Below, piece by piece: positions 48,875 through 61,736 of a DNA stretch of 64,000 nt. Positions within the stretch are counted from its first letter, which is position 1. Each line of letters opens with the position of its first letter. The DNA is from Octopus sinensis (taxonomy: Eukaryota), in assembly GCF_006345805.1 (NCBI RefSeq), contig NC_042999.1:14756001-14820000 (forward strand). The letters run 5' to 3'. The position numbers and the translations under genes were made by a program. The notes under the pieces were generated by a model. The model did not search any database. It saw only the letters and a list, made by a program, of their open reading frames with translations, and had not been told where the DNA came from.

Positions 48875-49815
48875 GTGCTTACCACAGACACTCCTACGAC
48901 TATTGCATATCAAACCCAAGCTATTATATTTAATTTGTTTATCTGCATAATTGCCCCCTTCCATATAGCACACACACAATTGACTTCCTCCAGTTTCCGT
49001 CCACCAAATTCGCTTTTAGATGGATAGCTCTACTATTCTGCTATATCAACCTGTATAGGAGGCGGGAGAGGGGAAATTAAAGGGTCACCCCGAGTGACGC
49101 ACACACTAGCTGTGTCACTGATTCTTAAGTTATTGCCTCCCACCACAACGCCTCTACACATCCATCAATTATTTAGTTGTAGGTCCCTGTCGTTGCTTAG
49201 CCAACAGGTCAGCTCTGATTGAACATATATTACATCAAAGACCTTCTAACTGTAACCATCACCTCCTTTTCTTTTTCCTGACTCTAGGTTGACATTATCC
49301 AAAGTGCACTTCATTTGTTTGAGACTATGGGATGCAATTTGCAGGGAGTCTGACTGCTATTTCTAGCAAGGCGAATGATTATGCAGAGGCTTCCTCGTTG
49401 GCTTGTTCTGTGTGTATGTTTGAAGGCCTTAGCGATGACGACAGCACAGACCGGTTGGGCGAATTGGTAGAAATCCTACAGCAGTTGGTATTTTCCTACC
49501 TACGTGCTTTCTGTCACAGTTTTCGAGGACTAAATCGAGGTTTGACATTGGCTGCTAATTTGTATGCGTTCGTGTATCACACGAGAGATGTGAATGAGGA
49601 CACGTATTGGTGCAGAGAGTACAGAACGACAACGTGCTCGGTTCGTGATTGGGTCAAGTGCAAAGGGAACAACACCTAATGCGTATGTTAAGCATAACTG
49701 AATATTCATGACAGATTCGTGTTAAACAGAATACAGTAACATGCCGGTAGCGCCTTCGAACTCGTGCACATTTATTTATCTGATCAACCCAGTTACTTCG
49801 TCTGTAAAATGCATA

Positions 49816-50205
49816 CTCTCTTTTTCTTGTTTCAGTCATTTGACTGCGGCCATGCTGGAGCACCGCCTTTAGTCGAGCAAATCGACCCCGGGACTTATTC
49901 TTTGTAAGCCCAGTACTTATTCTATCGGTCTCTTTTGCCGAACCGCTAAGTGACGGGGACGTAAACACACCAGCATCGGTTGTCAAGCAATGCTAGGGGG
50001 ACAAACACAGACACACAAACATACACATATATATACATATATACGACAGGCTTCTTTCAGTTTCCGTCTACCAAATCCACTCACAAGGCATTGGTCGGCC
50101 CAGGGCTATAGCAGAAGACACTCGCCCAAGATGCCACGCAGTGGGACTGAACCCGGAACCATGTGGTTGGTTAGCAAGCTACTTACCACACAGCCACTCC
50201 TGCGC
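49816..50205 (-). mobile_element. SINE-A, full length
   Basis: Near-consensus copy with CpGs retained. Confidence 0.9.
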
Positions 50206-51722
50206 ATGATTAGCTTTCGTTAATAAATACTTTCAAAAAAGCAGGATGAATGGATATTTTTTCTTTTCTTCCTTTCAGTAATCAATCGCAGTATTTGGTG
50301 ACGATACAGTAAACATTTGAAGGGTGGAATACAGTAAGAAACGAGAAAACACCGGCCGAATTTATCTTTTCCGATAAGGGGTTCCGTCTGGAACGCGACT
50401 GAGATTGTTTTACTAAAATACTACATAACATTACGGAGACCAGTGATTTTCCAATTTTTTTTCCGGCTCACTGAATAAGAATAAGTGTCACGGATCATCT
50501 CAGAATTTTTATAAAAGTGTCTCTCTCTCATACACACACACACACACGCAGAAGTTGACATTTGTGTTCCATGTTCAAATTCGGCCGACCTTCATCCAAC
50601 CTTATGATCGATAAAGTAAACTACCTGTCAAGAATTAAGGTCAATTTAATCGACCTTCCCCTTCCTCAAAAACTGACCTTGTGCCCATATTTAGAAATTG
50701 CATGCACGCACACTTAGAACCCCGAGTATTAAAATTCTTTTTAAACAAATAAATTATTAGATTGCATTTTGTTGTAAGTACATACGCACCGATGTAGGGC
50801 ATTAAAGATAAGTTATCCAAATAACATGGTAGTTTTTTCACCTTGCCTTAAAAACACACGGCACATCTGTGGATTCTTACATGATACATAAGTGTGCCGC
50901 ATCACAGAGATATGAGGTCAGAGTTCAAATCCAATGTCATTGATTTTCCTTTTTATTTGTGTGTGAAGGGGATTGTGGTTTGACCCTAGGTCGAATCTGA
51001 ACGAGTAGACCTATCAGAGGCTTTTTCCAGTCGTCTATTTTTCGACCACAATATCCAGGATTCCTTTAATTTTGAAGACGGCAAGGGTGCGATTTGAGAG
51101 ATTTAGCTGCTACTTTTAGCAAATCGAACGACTACAAAAATGCAACCCCCATCCTCATACTCGAGTAGATTCCATCAGCTGTGCACGCACGCACACGCAC
51201 ATACAAACACACAAAAGCCCACCTATTGAAACATTCAGCCAAATACCTTGTGATTAATCAAAATAAATCGATGAATCTAAAGAGAAATTATAAGAATTTA
51301 CGGTTTTGTATCATAGTTTTCCGTACATAGAAAACGCCCCCATCAAAACCTACTCCTACTGCCCCATCCTTCAGACAATTCTTTTCTTTTCCTCTTTCCT
51401 TTCACTCTACGATCAATGAACGAAGTGGTTTTTGTTTTGCCTTTTCCTCCCTCCCGGCCGCAATATGTAGGTCAGTCACATACAGAATAGAATTAGTTTT
51501 AATCTCGTTCCAAAAGGGTGAATAAAGTGACAAACACAATTTATCGATGTATATATATATGTATGTATATTTATAAGCATTGTCTTCGTTTAATAAGATG
51601 TCAAGCTTCTCTCATTACAAAGGTTAAAGTACAAGCAAGTGGTGGAAGAGTCTGTATCAGGTGGCTCACATTCAGCGCACACCACCACACACACCCTCTT
51701 CTCACACACGTACATATACATA

Positions 51723-51755
51723 TATAAACAAGCGGTCGGTCGCAACTGCAGTCGT
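51723..51755 (+). promoter_or_regulatory. Candidate core promoter of the USP gene (TATA plus initiator-like)
   Basis: TATAAA at 51723-51728 and GCAGTC about 25 nt downstream, about 85 nt before the ATG. Confidence 0.3.
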
Positions 51756-51834
51756 TTAGAAAGCTTACTTTAAGAATAATTGGTTCTGCAGAAGGGGAAA
51801 GCAAAAAAAAAAAAAACAGAATTTGTTTATAACC

Positions 51835-51907
51835 ATGTCGTCGTCCGAAGGTAGAACCGTTGTTATTGGAATGGATGGTAGCGAATATTCGGAATATGCA
51901 TTCAACT
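51835..51907 (+). CDS. First coding exon of a universal stress protein (UspA-like) gene, MSSSEGRTVVIGMDGSEYSEYAFN(W)
   Basis: ATG in good context (aaccATGt). The peptide matches the USP N-terminal beta1-alpha1 pattern (R-T-V-V-I-x-x-D-G-S-E-x-S-x-x-A-F-x-W). Strong phase-1 donor T|gtaagt; locally CpG-richer surroundings. Confidence 0.75.
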
Positions 51908-54900
51908 GTAAGTTTGCACACCACAGTTCTTTAAATTACTTTTTTTTTATAAAATATATTTACCATTTTTGATTATTACTAATAAACAACCGATCGCTGT
52001 TCATCATAGTTGTAGGAGTAGCAGCACACCAAAATTATTTGGCATCGAGGAGAGACACCTAAAACCACTTAATATCAATTACCAAAAACAAAGAGAAAAA
52101 ATAATGTTTTTAGTTGTATTTCTAATATGTTTACTTCTATATTGACTAAATTCAACATTTTTTTTTTTGTGGATTTTTGGCACGTTAAGCAATAACATTT
52201 ATATACGTGTACGCAAGTGTAGTATTTGTTTTCTTATTATTATCGTTATGCGGATGTTATTTTCCAACGACTTCGCCACAAACACACAGACACACAGAAA
52301 AAGGAAATCCTAAAATAACTCGATATTTCAGTAAAATGTCTAATTGTTGATTGGAATTTACAGAAATTTATTCCTTTAAGCTCTCTCCCTGCATTTTTCT
52401 GGAAAGACCTCTATTCCGTAATGTGGGGTTTCTGTATTTCTGTCCTGTTATATTCATACACACAGCCAAACATATGCTATAATGCAGTCAGGCAAGCTTT
52501 ATACTCGTTTATTTCAATGTAGTCCTATTTATTTTAACTGTCATTTAAAAAAAAAATTTCGACACGAAATGAGAATGATTTATTAACCATCTTAAAATAA
52601 AGATTAACAGATACAGTTTTTAACATTATCGATAAATTCTCTACGTTTATCAATAAATCACGCACTCCCGCATAGCTTTTATATTTCTCTTGTGAACTAA
52701 GCTTGGTGGGGTGGGTCTCACATTCCCTTTATTATCCAACAGTTTGCCCCACGTGGGCCCTGAATGAGCAGACTTACGATCAAAGTCATTCTAGCCGTGA
52801 CTAACCCGCCTGTATTTCAAGTGGTGCATCGACATCCATTCGGCTTTGCGCTGGCCCTCACCGTCCTAATCCTGACAGTTTGTTTGAATGTGTGTAAACG
52901 TGTGTGTTGTGGATGTGTGTAAATAATCATCCAAAGTATCTAGCTGTGTCATCTAATGTGCATTATATTAAGGTGTAATACGAGGGACATTTTTGGCTGC
53001 TATTTCTTGCAGATTGCAAGATCACAAATTTATTACTGTTAGTGATTGCAAGTGTGTGTGTGTGTGTGTAGACAAATAGACAGACAGACAGTAACTGTGT
53101 GTGTGTGTGGGGGGGGGGTGATGAGGACGGTCCGCCACAGGCGACACTATGACAGCAGTACTTTCGGGTCTGCTGTACAAGTTTGTATAGACAGGCGAAG
53201 GACGGCCTCAACGGCATGCTCTAGTTGTGTGCCTTATACTATACACGCAGGGAAATGTAATGGTGAAACATAGTCTATACACACACACACAAACAGAAAA
53301 GAGAGATAGAGGTCGGGAGGAATCGGTCAAGTTCCTCCGTAGTTCTCCCATCGTTGTTGTGTCTGCGCGTTGATTATGCAAATCAATATTCTACCCGGTA
53401 AATATTGATAAATGCTTTAAGAGTACATTTCATATACGTCTAAGACAAACAAAAGCAAACATTCAGAATCCCATATGAAAACCTAATCCCCTTTTTAGGT
53501 TTTGAAATCTTAGAAGCTGCTCAGCAGTTATTTTACACGTAAGCAGCCACTCATTTTTATAGTAAATTCATTTATCTTTTGTTTGTTCAAGTCATTGGAC
53601 TGCAATCATACTAAGAAGGTACTACTTTGAAGGGTTTTTAGTCGACACGTCACCCAGTACTTATGTTTTGTTTTTAATTTTTATCTGATACTTATACTGT
53701 CGGCCTCTTTCGCTGAACCACCGAGTTGCGGGACGTAAACAGACCAACACCAATTATCAAGCGGTGAGGGTGAACATGCACACAAACACATACACACGAT
53801 GGTCTTTTCAAACAGTTTCCGTCTTTTAAATTCACTCTAAGCATTAGTCAGTTCGGGGCGATAGGGAAGGCACTTGCCTACCGTGCCGCGCAGTGGGACT
53901 GAATTCAGAACCATGTGGTTGCAAAGCAAGTCTCTTAACCACTGAGCCATGCCTGTGCACTGGTCATGTTCCGTAACTAATTAAAGACAAAATCGGAGTA
54001 ACATGTTGGGATTTAGAGAAAGCCCTCATCCCTCATTGGGATATAGTTATATAAATAAACAAATTGTCAAAGGGAAGATCCTATTAACATTACATGGCCC
54101 GCAGGAAAAGGGGTGCACTGGGAGTCCTACAGGCACATGTATGTAGCATAGATTATCGTTAGGCTCCTAGATAGTGGGGCCCCAAGGTAACTATTTGATG
54201 TGTCCATGCTTAGAGACGGCACTGCTCAAAGGCTGGTGTCGGAAAGACTTCCGTCCTTCAAGGGTGTTTTTTTTTTGGGGGGGGGGGTTGTGGTGAGGAC
54301 GGACGGAAGTCTTGCCGTCTGCAACAAGTGGGCCTTGGCCCACAAGTGTTCACTGTAGGCCACAGATTTTCCCCTATTTTATGTATTTGTGCGTCATTGA
54401 GGAGTTGATGGCTTTTATATAGTCTTTTATGCCACGATTAAATTTTTGCTTCGATAAGCATTTTCTGTCATGAAAATGGCTGGGTGGGTTATGGAGTGGT
54501 GGAATATTTTTATATGTAAGATATATACATGTGGGCCATGGGTTAATATATAAAAAAAAACAATAATAATAATAAAAGAGGGCTACTGCAAAAAAGTTGG
54601 TGATCCATGACAGGGTCACCGTAACGTTATTTTAAGTTTCCGAGCAAAGTAACGTATTGTAGCCCCTATTTATATATACAACCATTACAGATTAGCATTT
54701 GGGACCCAGACCCTTGAAGTCCCCGGGTAACTTCTGAGTATACCCTATTCTTTATGATGGCACTGACCTCTAAGTCTATAAAATATGAACACAACGTCCC
54801 AAATCACGTCGTTCTGTAGACAGTAGAAGATGGCAAAATCAGAATTTTTTCTTTGTCTTTCTCTTGTAGTTTGTGATTAAATTTTAAAGGGGCGGAGGAA

Positions 54901-55830
54901 TGACAAATATGAGTACCGGTAATATAATAGGGGTCAGTTCAAATGTTTCTATACTTTGTGCCTGCATAGTTTTAGGATTTTCATCGACATCCATGTATCT
55001 CTCGGGACGAAGGATTTGTGTACATGGGAAGTTCCGAATCTGTCTGTGTTAGTAGTATACGGTGAAGCGGCACTGGAGTGCCCTCTCTCCAGTACAGGCC
55101 AACGTAAAGTCGTATGGAAAATAGCAGTTTCCCATGTGGCAGGTCTCTCCTTAAAATGGCAACCGATGTTGAACAAGGGACGATATAGTTTGGCCCCAGT
55201 GACGTCAGAACGAAGTTGATGGCAGCGTCGGACTCCCCAACGGATTCTGGACTTGTAGTTGATTAAATAGGTATCAGTGTTATCTTCATCGATTTCGAGA
55301 GGATGAAAGCCAATGTCAACTTCGGAGGGATTCGAATGCAGAACATAACGAGTCGGAATAAATACCGTAATGTACTTCATCCGAGGTTCTGACAATTCTA
55401 CCATTGGTCGTTCATGTCAAAATATGGAATCATTATTAATGATTTCTATTGGAAACGCTGCAACAAATTTGAAAAGAGTCAGTCAGCCAGTCAGTCGATA
55501 GTATCGACTCCAGTATATTCTCAGTGCTGATTTTTATCGATCACAATGGCATGAAAGACAACATCGACTCTTGGGCGAATGGCTGGCTGCTCAGTGGAAT
55601 TATCCAATTGATGGGTTGGGAATTAATATAAATAGTAAAACTCCGGAGTATTGTTCTTCTACCACAGTGTTTCTTCACAATGTATAGCTTCTCCCCTTTA
55701 ACAAATCACGGCTAACCTCTCTTCATAAGATAAACAGCAGTCGTGTGCACCAGCATACATTCATAACGGTGTATTTAACATGGTATATTTAGTAAATTAT
55801 TAAAAACATTAATTATCATAAAGAATTTTT

Positions 55831-56247
55831 GGATCTTTTCGGTTTGACCGGCAGTTTTTAAAAATAATTTCCACGTAACTAAACACTTTTAAACTTCGTA
55901 TACTGGTAGAATGTGCTTATAAAACATCTTTTTCTCTTGGCTTTATTGAGAAAATTCTATAGTTTGTAAGATATTTGTTGTTTTTTTCTTCAATTTCTGC
56001 AATTTCAACCAATCAATGACGTCTATTGAAGTGAAAACATTCTGTGCCGTATGAATATGTCCCTCGTTTAAGATACAGATTGGGTTTATTTACATTTGTG
56101 AAGGAAAAAAAGATACCCTTCCCCCCACCCCTAACTAACCCTAACCCTAAAACATTGAAATGCAATAGTTCGATACTAGGGTCATAATTATGGGTGACAA
56201 TTTTATGACACCGCTAGAAAAAACTGCCGTTCAAACCGAAAAGATCC
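55831..56247. mobile_element. MITE with 29-bp TIRs and 8-bp TSD (Merlin- or hAT-like)
   Basis: TIR ggatcttttcggtttgaccggcagttttt / aaaaactgccgttcaaaccgaaaagatcc; TSD gaattttt at 55823-55830 and 56248-56255. Confidence 0.85.
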
Positions 56248-56696
56248 GAATTTTTCAGTCCCTCAAAAAAAAAAAAATTTGCCCTTGGTATCTTGATTTC
56301 CTTCTGGAAATTACAAGGAGAATTTCCGCGAGGTTAAGAAGTGCAGCCTCCATATCGATTTCGAATCCGGATCTGGAATAGGTCCTCGAATCTTACAAGA
56401 GTTAATTGAAACTTTCGGGATTGATAAACTAACAACCCTATTTACTCTTTCTTGACCATGTCGCACACTAATTTAGTGTTAGATTTCGTTCCAGCGTTTT
56501 TCTCTTTCGTACGTTTAACTTTGCCCCATCACGCCCCAGTTTTTGCCCGGTTTTGAAAAACGAAGTATGAAATAGTGCAATTTGCGCACGAGTTTAATAC
56601 AAGCTACATTCAGCTTTATTTCTAATCTCTCCTCCTTAGAAGAGTGAGGGAGAAGAAAGAAATGGGATTTATACTTGCTTGGCAAATGACACGAAC

Positions 56697-58147
56697 CGAC
56701 TGCTTCCTTCTCTTAAATTTGACACCAAAAATTCTGTGCAGAAATTTATGCATTTTATTTGGTTTGATTCGACCTCTCTGTTAAGACTTCTCACTTTCTC
56801 GCTTTCCATGCATTTTCTGCGCCCACTATAACTTGGGACTATCCCCTCTCACCAGCAGTTATATTGGGAGGTGGGCAATCTTCAAACACCTCCTCCCTTG
56901 GATCCTATCGGAAACAACTGTCCTTACGCTTTCCGACTGGATTCCGTGGCGTGACCAACTGAGACATTGAATATCATCAAACCATCTCATTCATGGTCCA
57001 CATGGATTGAAGAATCTGCCTTGCTATTCTCTCCTGTAGCGTTGTTTTTTTTCTTTCATAGTCAAGAAGACAAAAAACTTAATATTCATTTTCAACTGTT
57101 TCTTTTTTTCTTCGTGTTTAAAACACGAAGAAAAGAGAAATCTTGTGGCAGTTGTTTTACACATTTAAAGGAAAAAAAACAACGAAACAGAAACATACTC
57201 AACTTTCGTTTATCTCTCAACTGCACAGTCATTTATGAAGTGTGAATGACCTACTCATTGACACAGTTGCACTATTGTGTAGTGAAATTGTATTCGTTAC
57301 CAAAGAGGTTGTCGAAAAGTGACGATTTTTTTTTTCGACACTTTATACTTGACTGCACTCTTTTACTCGTTTACTTGTTTCAGTCACTTGACTGTGGCCA
57401 TACTGGAGCACCGCCTTTAGTCGAGAAAATCGACCCCAGGACTTATTCTTTGTAAGCCTAGTACTTATTCTATTGCTTTCTTTTGCCGAACCGCTTAGTT
57501 ACGGTTGTCAAGCGATGTTGGGGGACAAACACAGACACACAAACATATATATATACATATGCATATATACGACGGGCTCCTCTCAGTTTCCGTCTACCAA
57601 ATCCACTCACAAGGCTTTGGTCGGCCCGAGGCTATAGTAGAAGACACTCGCCCAAGGTGCCACGCAGTGGGACTGAACCCGGAACCATGTGGCTGGTAAG
57701 CAAGCTACTTACCACACAGACACTCCTGCGCCTACATTGTTAAGAAACAGTTGAAAATAAATATTAAGTTTTTGTCTTCTTGATTATGAAAGGAAAAAAA
57801 AAGGCTGCAGGAGAGAATAGCAAGGCAGATTCTTCAATCCATGTGGACCATGGATGAGATGGTTAGCTGATATCCGTAGTCTCAGTTGGTCACGCCACGG
57901 AATCCAGTCGGAAAGCGTAAGGACGGTTTGCTTCCAATAGGATCCTAGGGAGAAGGTGCGTGAAGATTACCCACCTCCCAATATTCCTGCTGCTGGTGGG
58001 GATAGTCCCAAGTATAGCGGGCGCAGAAAATGTATGGAAAAGCGAGAAAGTGAGAAGTCTTGGCAGAGAGGCCGAATCAAACCAAATATAGTGCATAAAT
58101 CTCGGCATAGAACTTTTGGTGTCAAATTTAAGAGAAGGAAGCAATCG
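56697..58147. repeat. Long inverted repeat, ~410-bp arms (56697-57104 and 57742-58147)
   Basis: Collinear reverse-complement match over the full arm length; roughly 85% identity by eye. Confidence 0.9.
57357..57733 (-). mobile_element. SINE-A in the spacer of the 410-bp inverted repeat
   Basis: Family match with an internal deletion. Confidence 0.9.
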
Positions 58148-58764
58148 ATAATGTCTCCTTCAGTACGTGACTAAAATCTTGTTTTATTCTCCCTTCAACG
58201 GAACTACAAGGAGCAAAAGCATCGCTAGCAAATGGCTACAGGAAGAATTTTAATAGATGAAATTTCCAGCTACCACTCCAATTTGTAATTTTCATCCTCA
58301 GCGGAAATTGATTAAAAAAAACATTTCTTGGGTTCTAGGGTCTATACGTATGTTACACAGTTAGATAAACGTGTGGGAAGTTCAAAAACGTTTTAAAACA
58401 AGTTTGTACAACCAACTCACAGAAATGTAAAGCGTCCTCCTCGACAGAGTCAGGGTACCCTACAACTAACTACCTTTCAGTCAGTTCATTTCTGCCAACT
58501 TGGTTCTTTAAAATTGCTCCGGTTGGGCAGAGATAGCTCTTCCAAAATGTGGCATTTTGATCTTAGATCAAAATTATCGTCATAGAAATTAAGCACTGTA
58601 TATGATGGTATTTTATATGATATTTTAGATGCTAAAGTGTCTAAAAGAAAAAAAAAATCACCCGGGAGCTAAATTCGAAATTGAGGGTCTCTGTTACATC
58701 ATTTCATGCACCAAAAACTTCTCTTGAATATGCGCTGCCGAAATTTGGATGCGTCTAATATACC

Positions 58765-58997
58765 TATTTCTTTACTACCCACAAGGGGCTAAACACAGAG
58801 AGGACAAACAAGGACATACAAACGGATTAAGTCGATTATATCGACCCCAGTGCGTAACTGGTACTTATTTAATCGACCCCGAAAGGATGAAAGGCAAAGT
58901 CGACCTCGGCGGAATTTGAACTCACAACGTAACGCAGACGAAATACCGCTAAGCATTTCGCCCGGCGTGCTAACATTTCTGCCAGCTCGCCGCCTTA
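58765..58997 (-). mobile_element. SINE-B monomer, near-consensus (young)
   Basis: 13-bp TSD cgtctaatatacc (58752-58764, 58998-59010); CpGs intact. Confidence 0.95.
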
Positions 58998-59269
58998 CGT
59001 CTAATATACCAATGCGGTTTTTATGCTATCAAACACGGTATTTATTTAGTAGAAGAATAAAAGAACATGAAATAGACTTTATATGTATGAATACTGATAA
59101 AATAAGCCATTAGCATCTGGCTTTCCTAAATTTAGGATTTAGAAATTTAAAATATTTTCGTTGACAAATTGCGCTACTCCATTAGTAAATCTTTCCCGTT
59201 TACTCTCGTCTCAAGCGGCGAGGGTGATCTCTTAGCAGCGGACCTTCGGAATAGCTATCACTTATATTT

Positions 59270-59440
59270 AGTTAATCCAAACATGAAACGCGAGGAAAGA
59301 AAGGAGGATTTAACGTTTCGAGCGGAGCTCTTCGTCAGAAACATAGGAAAAGGAAAAATCCAAGGAAGGGAAGACGGAGGAAAAATATCGCCAACGATAC
59401 ACACGCGGTCACATATTGAATGACCGGAAGGGAATGGGTG
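59270..59440 (-). mobile_element. Penelope-like terminal repeat fragment with intact minimal hammerhead core
   Basis: Minus strand CTGACGA-A-GAGC-TCC-GCTC-GAAA-CGTT at 59338-59312. Confidence 0.65.
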
Positions 59441-60139
59441 AGAGAAAGAAACCGACAAAGAATTGGGTGGTTGTTTTCTTCTGTGAAAGAATTACCTAAA
59501 AACTAAAAAAAAAAAAAAACCCGTAACTTTTACAGGTAGAGGTCGTTGATAGATTGACAGGGACGAAATCAAACAGTATTACAGTTTTGAATTAGTTTCT
59601 GCAGTGCGCAAAGTTAAATAGCCAATTCTATAAACTACGCGCGAGATGCGATTCAAATAAGTGTCTGACCAGTTCTCCATTCAAAGATCTGTGAACCGAA
59701 GAATCTGGTTCCAGGCTGCATTTAATAATATACCGTGAGTTATTCAGTCAAATATTTTCCTACACTTCTTACATCTATTCTTGTAACTTTTACGGTTCGT
59801 GTTGTGAAAGAAATACGGTGGTTATGAGAATTTTGAAAGACACTTTCATAGAAATAATTCCTCATAATATAACTTAATTTCTTTTTTCAAAATAATTCTT
59901 TTTACGAGCATTACGCAAGTCCCATGAAAGAGAAAGATCGGTTCCTATTGATTTTTAATAATAATTTTTACTGCAGTAGAGCTTATTTGTTCCTTTTGTA
60001 GAGATATAGTATGGTGGTAAGCTAAGTTCCATTATAGATGTAAAGCTGTAGGGAAGATCAGTTCTAACGGCGATGAGCTGCGGCTAAGGAAGAGATCATT
60101 TTTACTGAAGTTGGTGATACGAGGAATCGTTTCTGCTTG

Positions 60140-60545
60140 TGGGTGAGCTCATTTCTATCATAGAAGTAGGCGAGAGGAGAAATCATTTCTGCAGTTGAAG
60201 AAGGCGATAGGGAAAATCATTTCTACTGTTGACACATGCTCTTGAACTCATTTCAGTTTGAGGTAGGCTCTTGGTGAGTTCAATTCAGCTGTAGAGGCAG
60301 GCTCATAGTGAGCTCATTTCAACTATAGAGGTAGCTTCGCGGTGATCTCATTGTAACTTTAGAGGTTAGCCTCACTACAAGCTCATTTCAACCACAGAAA
60401 GAAACGCACGGTGATCTCATTGCAACTATAGAGGTTAGCCTCACAGTGAGCTTATTTCAGCTTTAGAAAGAGGCTCCTGGTGAACTCATTTCAGCTGTGG
60501 AAGTAGGTTCACAGTGAGCTCATTTCAGCTATTGAGGTGACCGCA
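60140..60545. repeat. Degenerate ~34-bp minisatellite (gtgagctcatttcagctatagaggtaggctcacg)
   Basis: About 12 diverged units, with a partial 68-bp higher-order period. Confidence 0.75.
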
Positions 60546-61736
60546 GATAGGCTCTATGTGAATTCAGCGATTTCTGCCCACTCATGGCGAGCTCATTATC
60601 TCTCTCCAAAGAAATTGACAAGGGAAAGTCGTAATCTATATCTGCCACAACAAATCACCGATTGTGGAGACGGTGAAAGGAAATTGCGTCATGTTTACTT
60701 AGTTGGCAACTATTTTATTTCTAACTGGTTTATGTGTTAACACAAGTTTAAAATAAAATGCATAAAAATTGAATAAAAACTCTAGGCATGTCTTTCGCTG
60801 CTTGACTAGGCCATAAAGTTTTATGGCATCATTGGATATTGTCACAATCATTTAATGAAATGCTATTATATTTGTCGCTTTCTTCTTCATATCTAACTCG
60901 TAAACATAAATTTTTCGAGTGTACATATTTATATTGGCCTTCTAAGTTTGTGTATGTGTGTAGTGACGGATAATCACTATTAAGTACTGTGCCAATTGTA
61001 AACAACTTGAAATGACATAAAAAAAAAAGCGAGGAAAAGCACAGACAAGACATGTCACAAATGAGGTGACTGCTTGATGGTTAACAATACTTCACTAGGC
61101 TAGTCAGCGAGGGAGCCTCTTCGTTGTCGCCCAAACTGCTAGAAATAGCGAGTAAATCTCCCTCAACATCTTACCGTCTTAGAAAACGAACGATAGATTC
61201 GAAAATGTGGTGCTATGTGTGCAATAGGAAAAGATGTGATGGTTACGGTTGGAATGCGTTTGATAATAGATCTGGTTGATGAAGGTTGACATGGAGCTAA
61301 ACAACAAAACGTCTGGTTTCACGCCTGATTTGATTCCTCGTCACCAGATATATTCTTTCAAAACATCAGAATTGGTATTTTTACAAATGTATAATGTTTA
61401 GCATTGGAGTGGAACATCGAAATAAATGTTTTCCAACAATTAGTTTCGTTCCTTTGATTTTCTGAGTCCAAAACACACCAAAATTGATTTTAATTTTCAC
61501 CCTTCTCTGGGTCGATTAAATAAAGTACAACTTTACTTGTGTCAAGATAAACAAAATAACAGTTAATCATTCATAGTTCTAGATAGGTCCCATATCCCGA
61601 AATCATTGGAATTTCTTTTTTTTTTTTTCGTTGAATGAATTGGGGTCCAGAAAATGGGGTGGGTGAGGTGGAAACCTCGGAAATTTCACCCTCCACCCCC
61701 ATTGATCTTTCCACCCGATTTTCACTAAGAAAAAAA

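Noticed and set aside
48263-50223. Many 60-150 aa ORFs with recurring peptides (GLLSVSVYQIHSQGFG, RASFSFRLPNPLTR), here and across the window
   Set aside because: They are translations of SINE-A, -B and -C copies, not genes.
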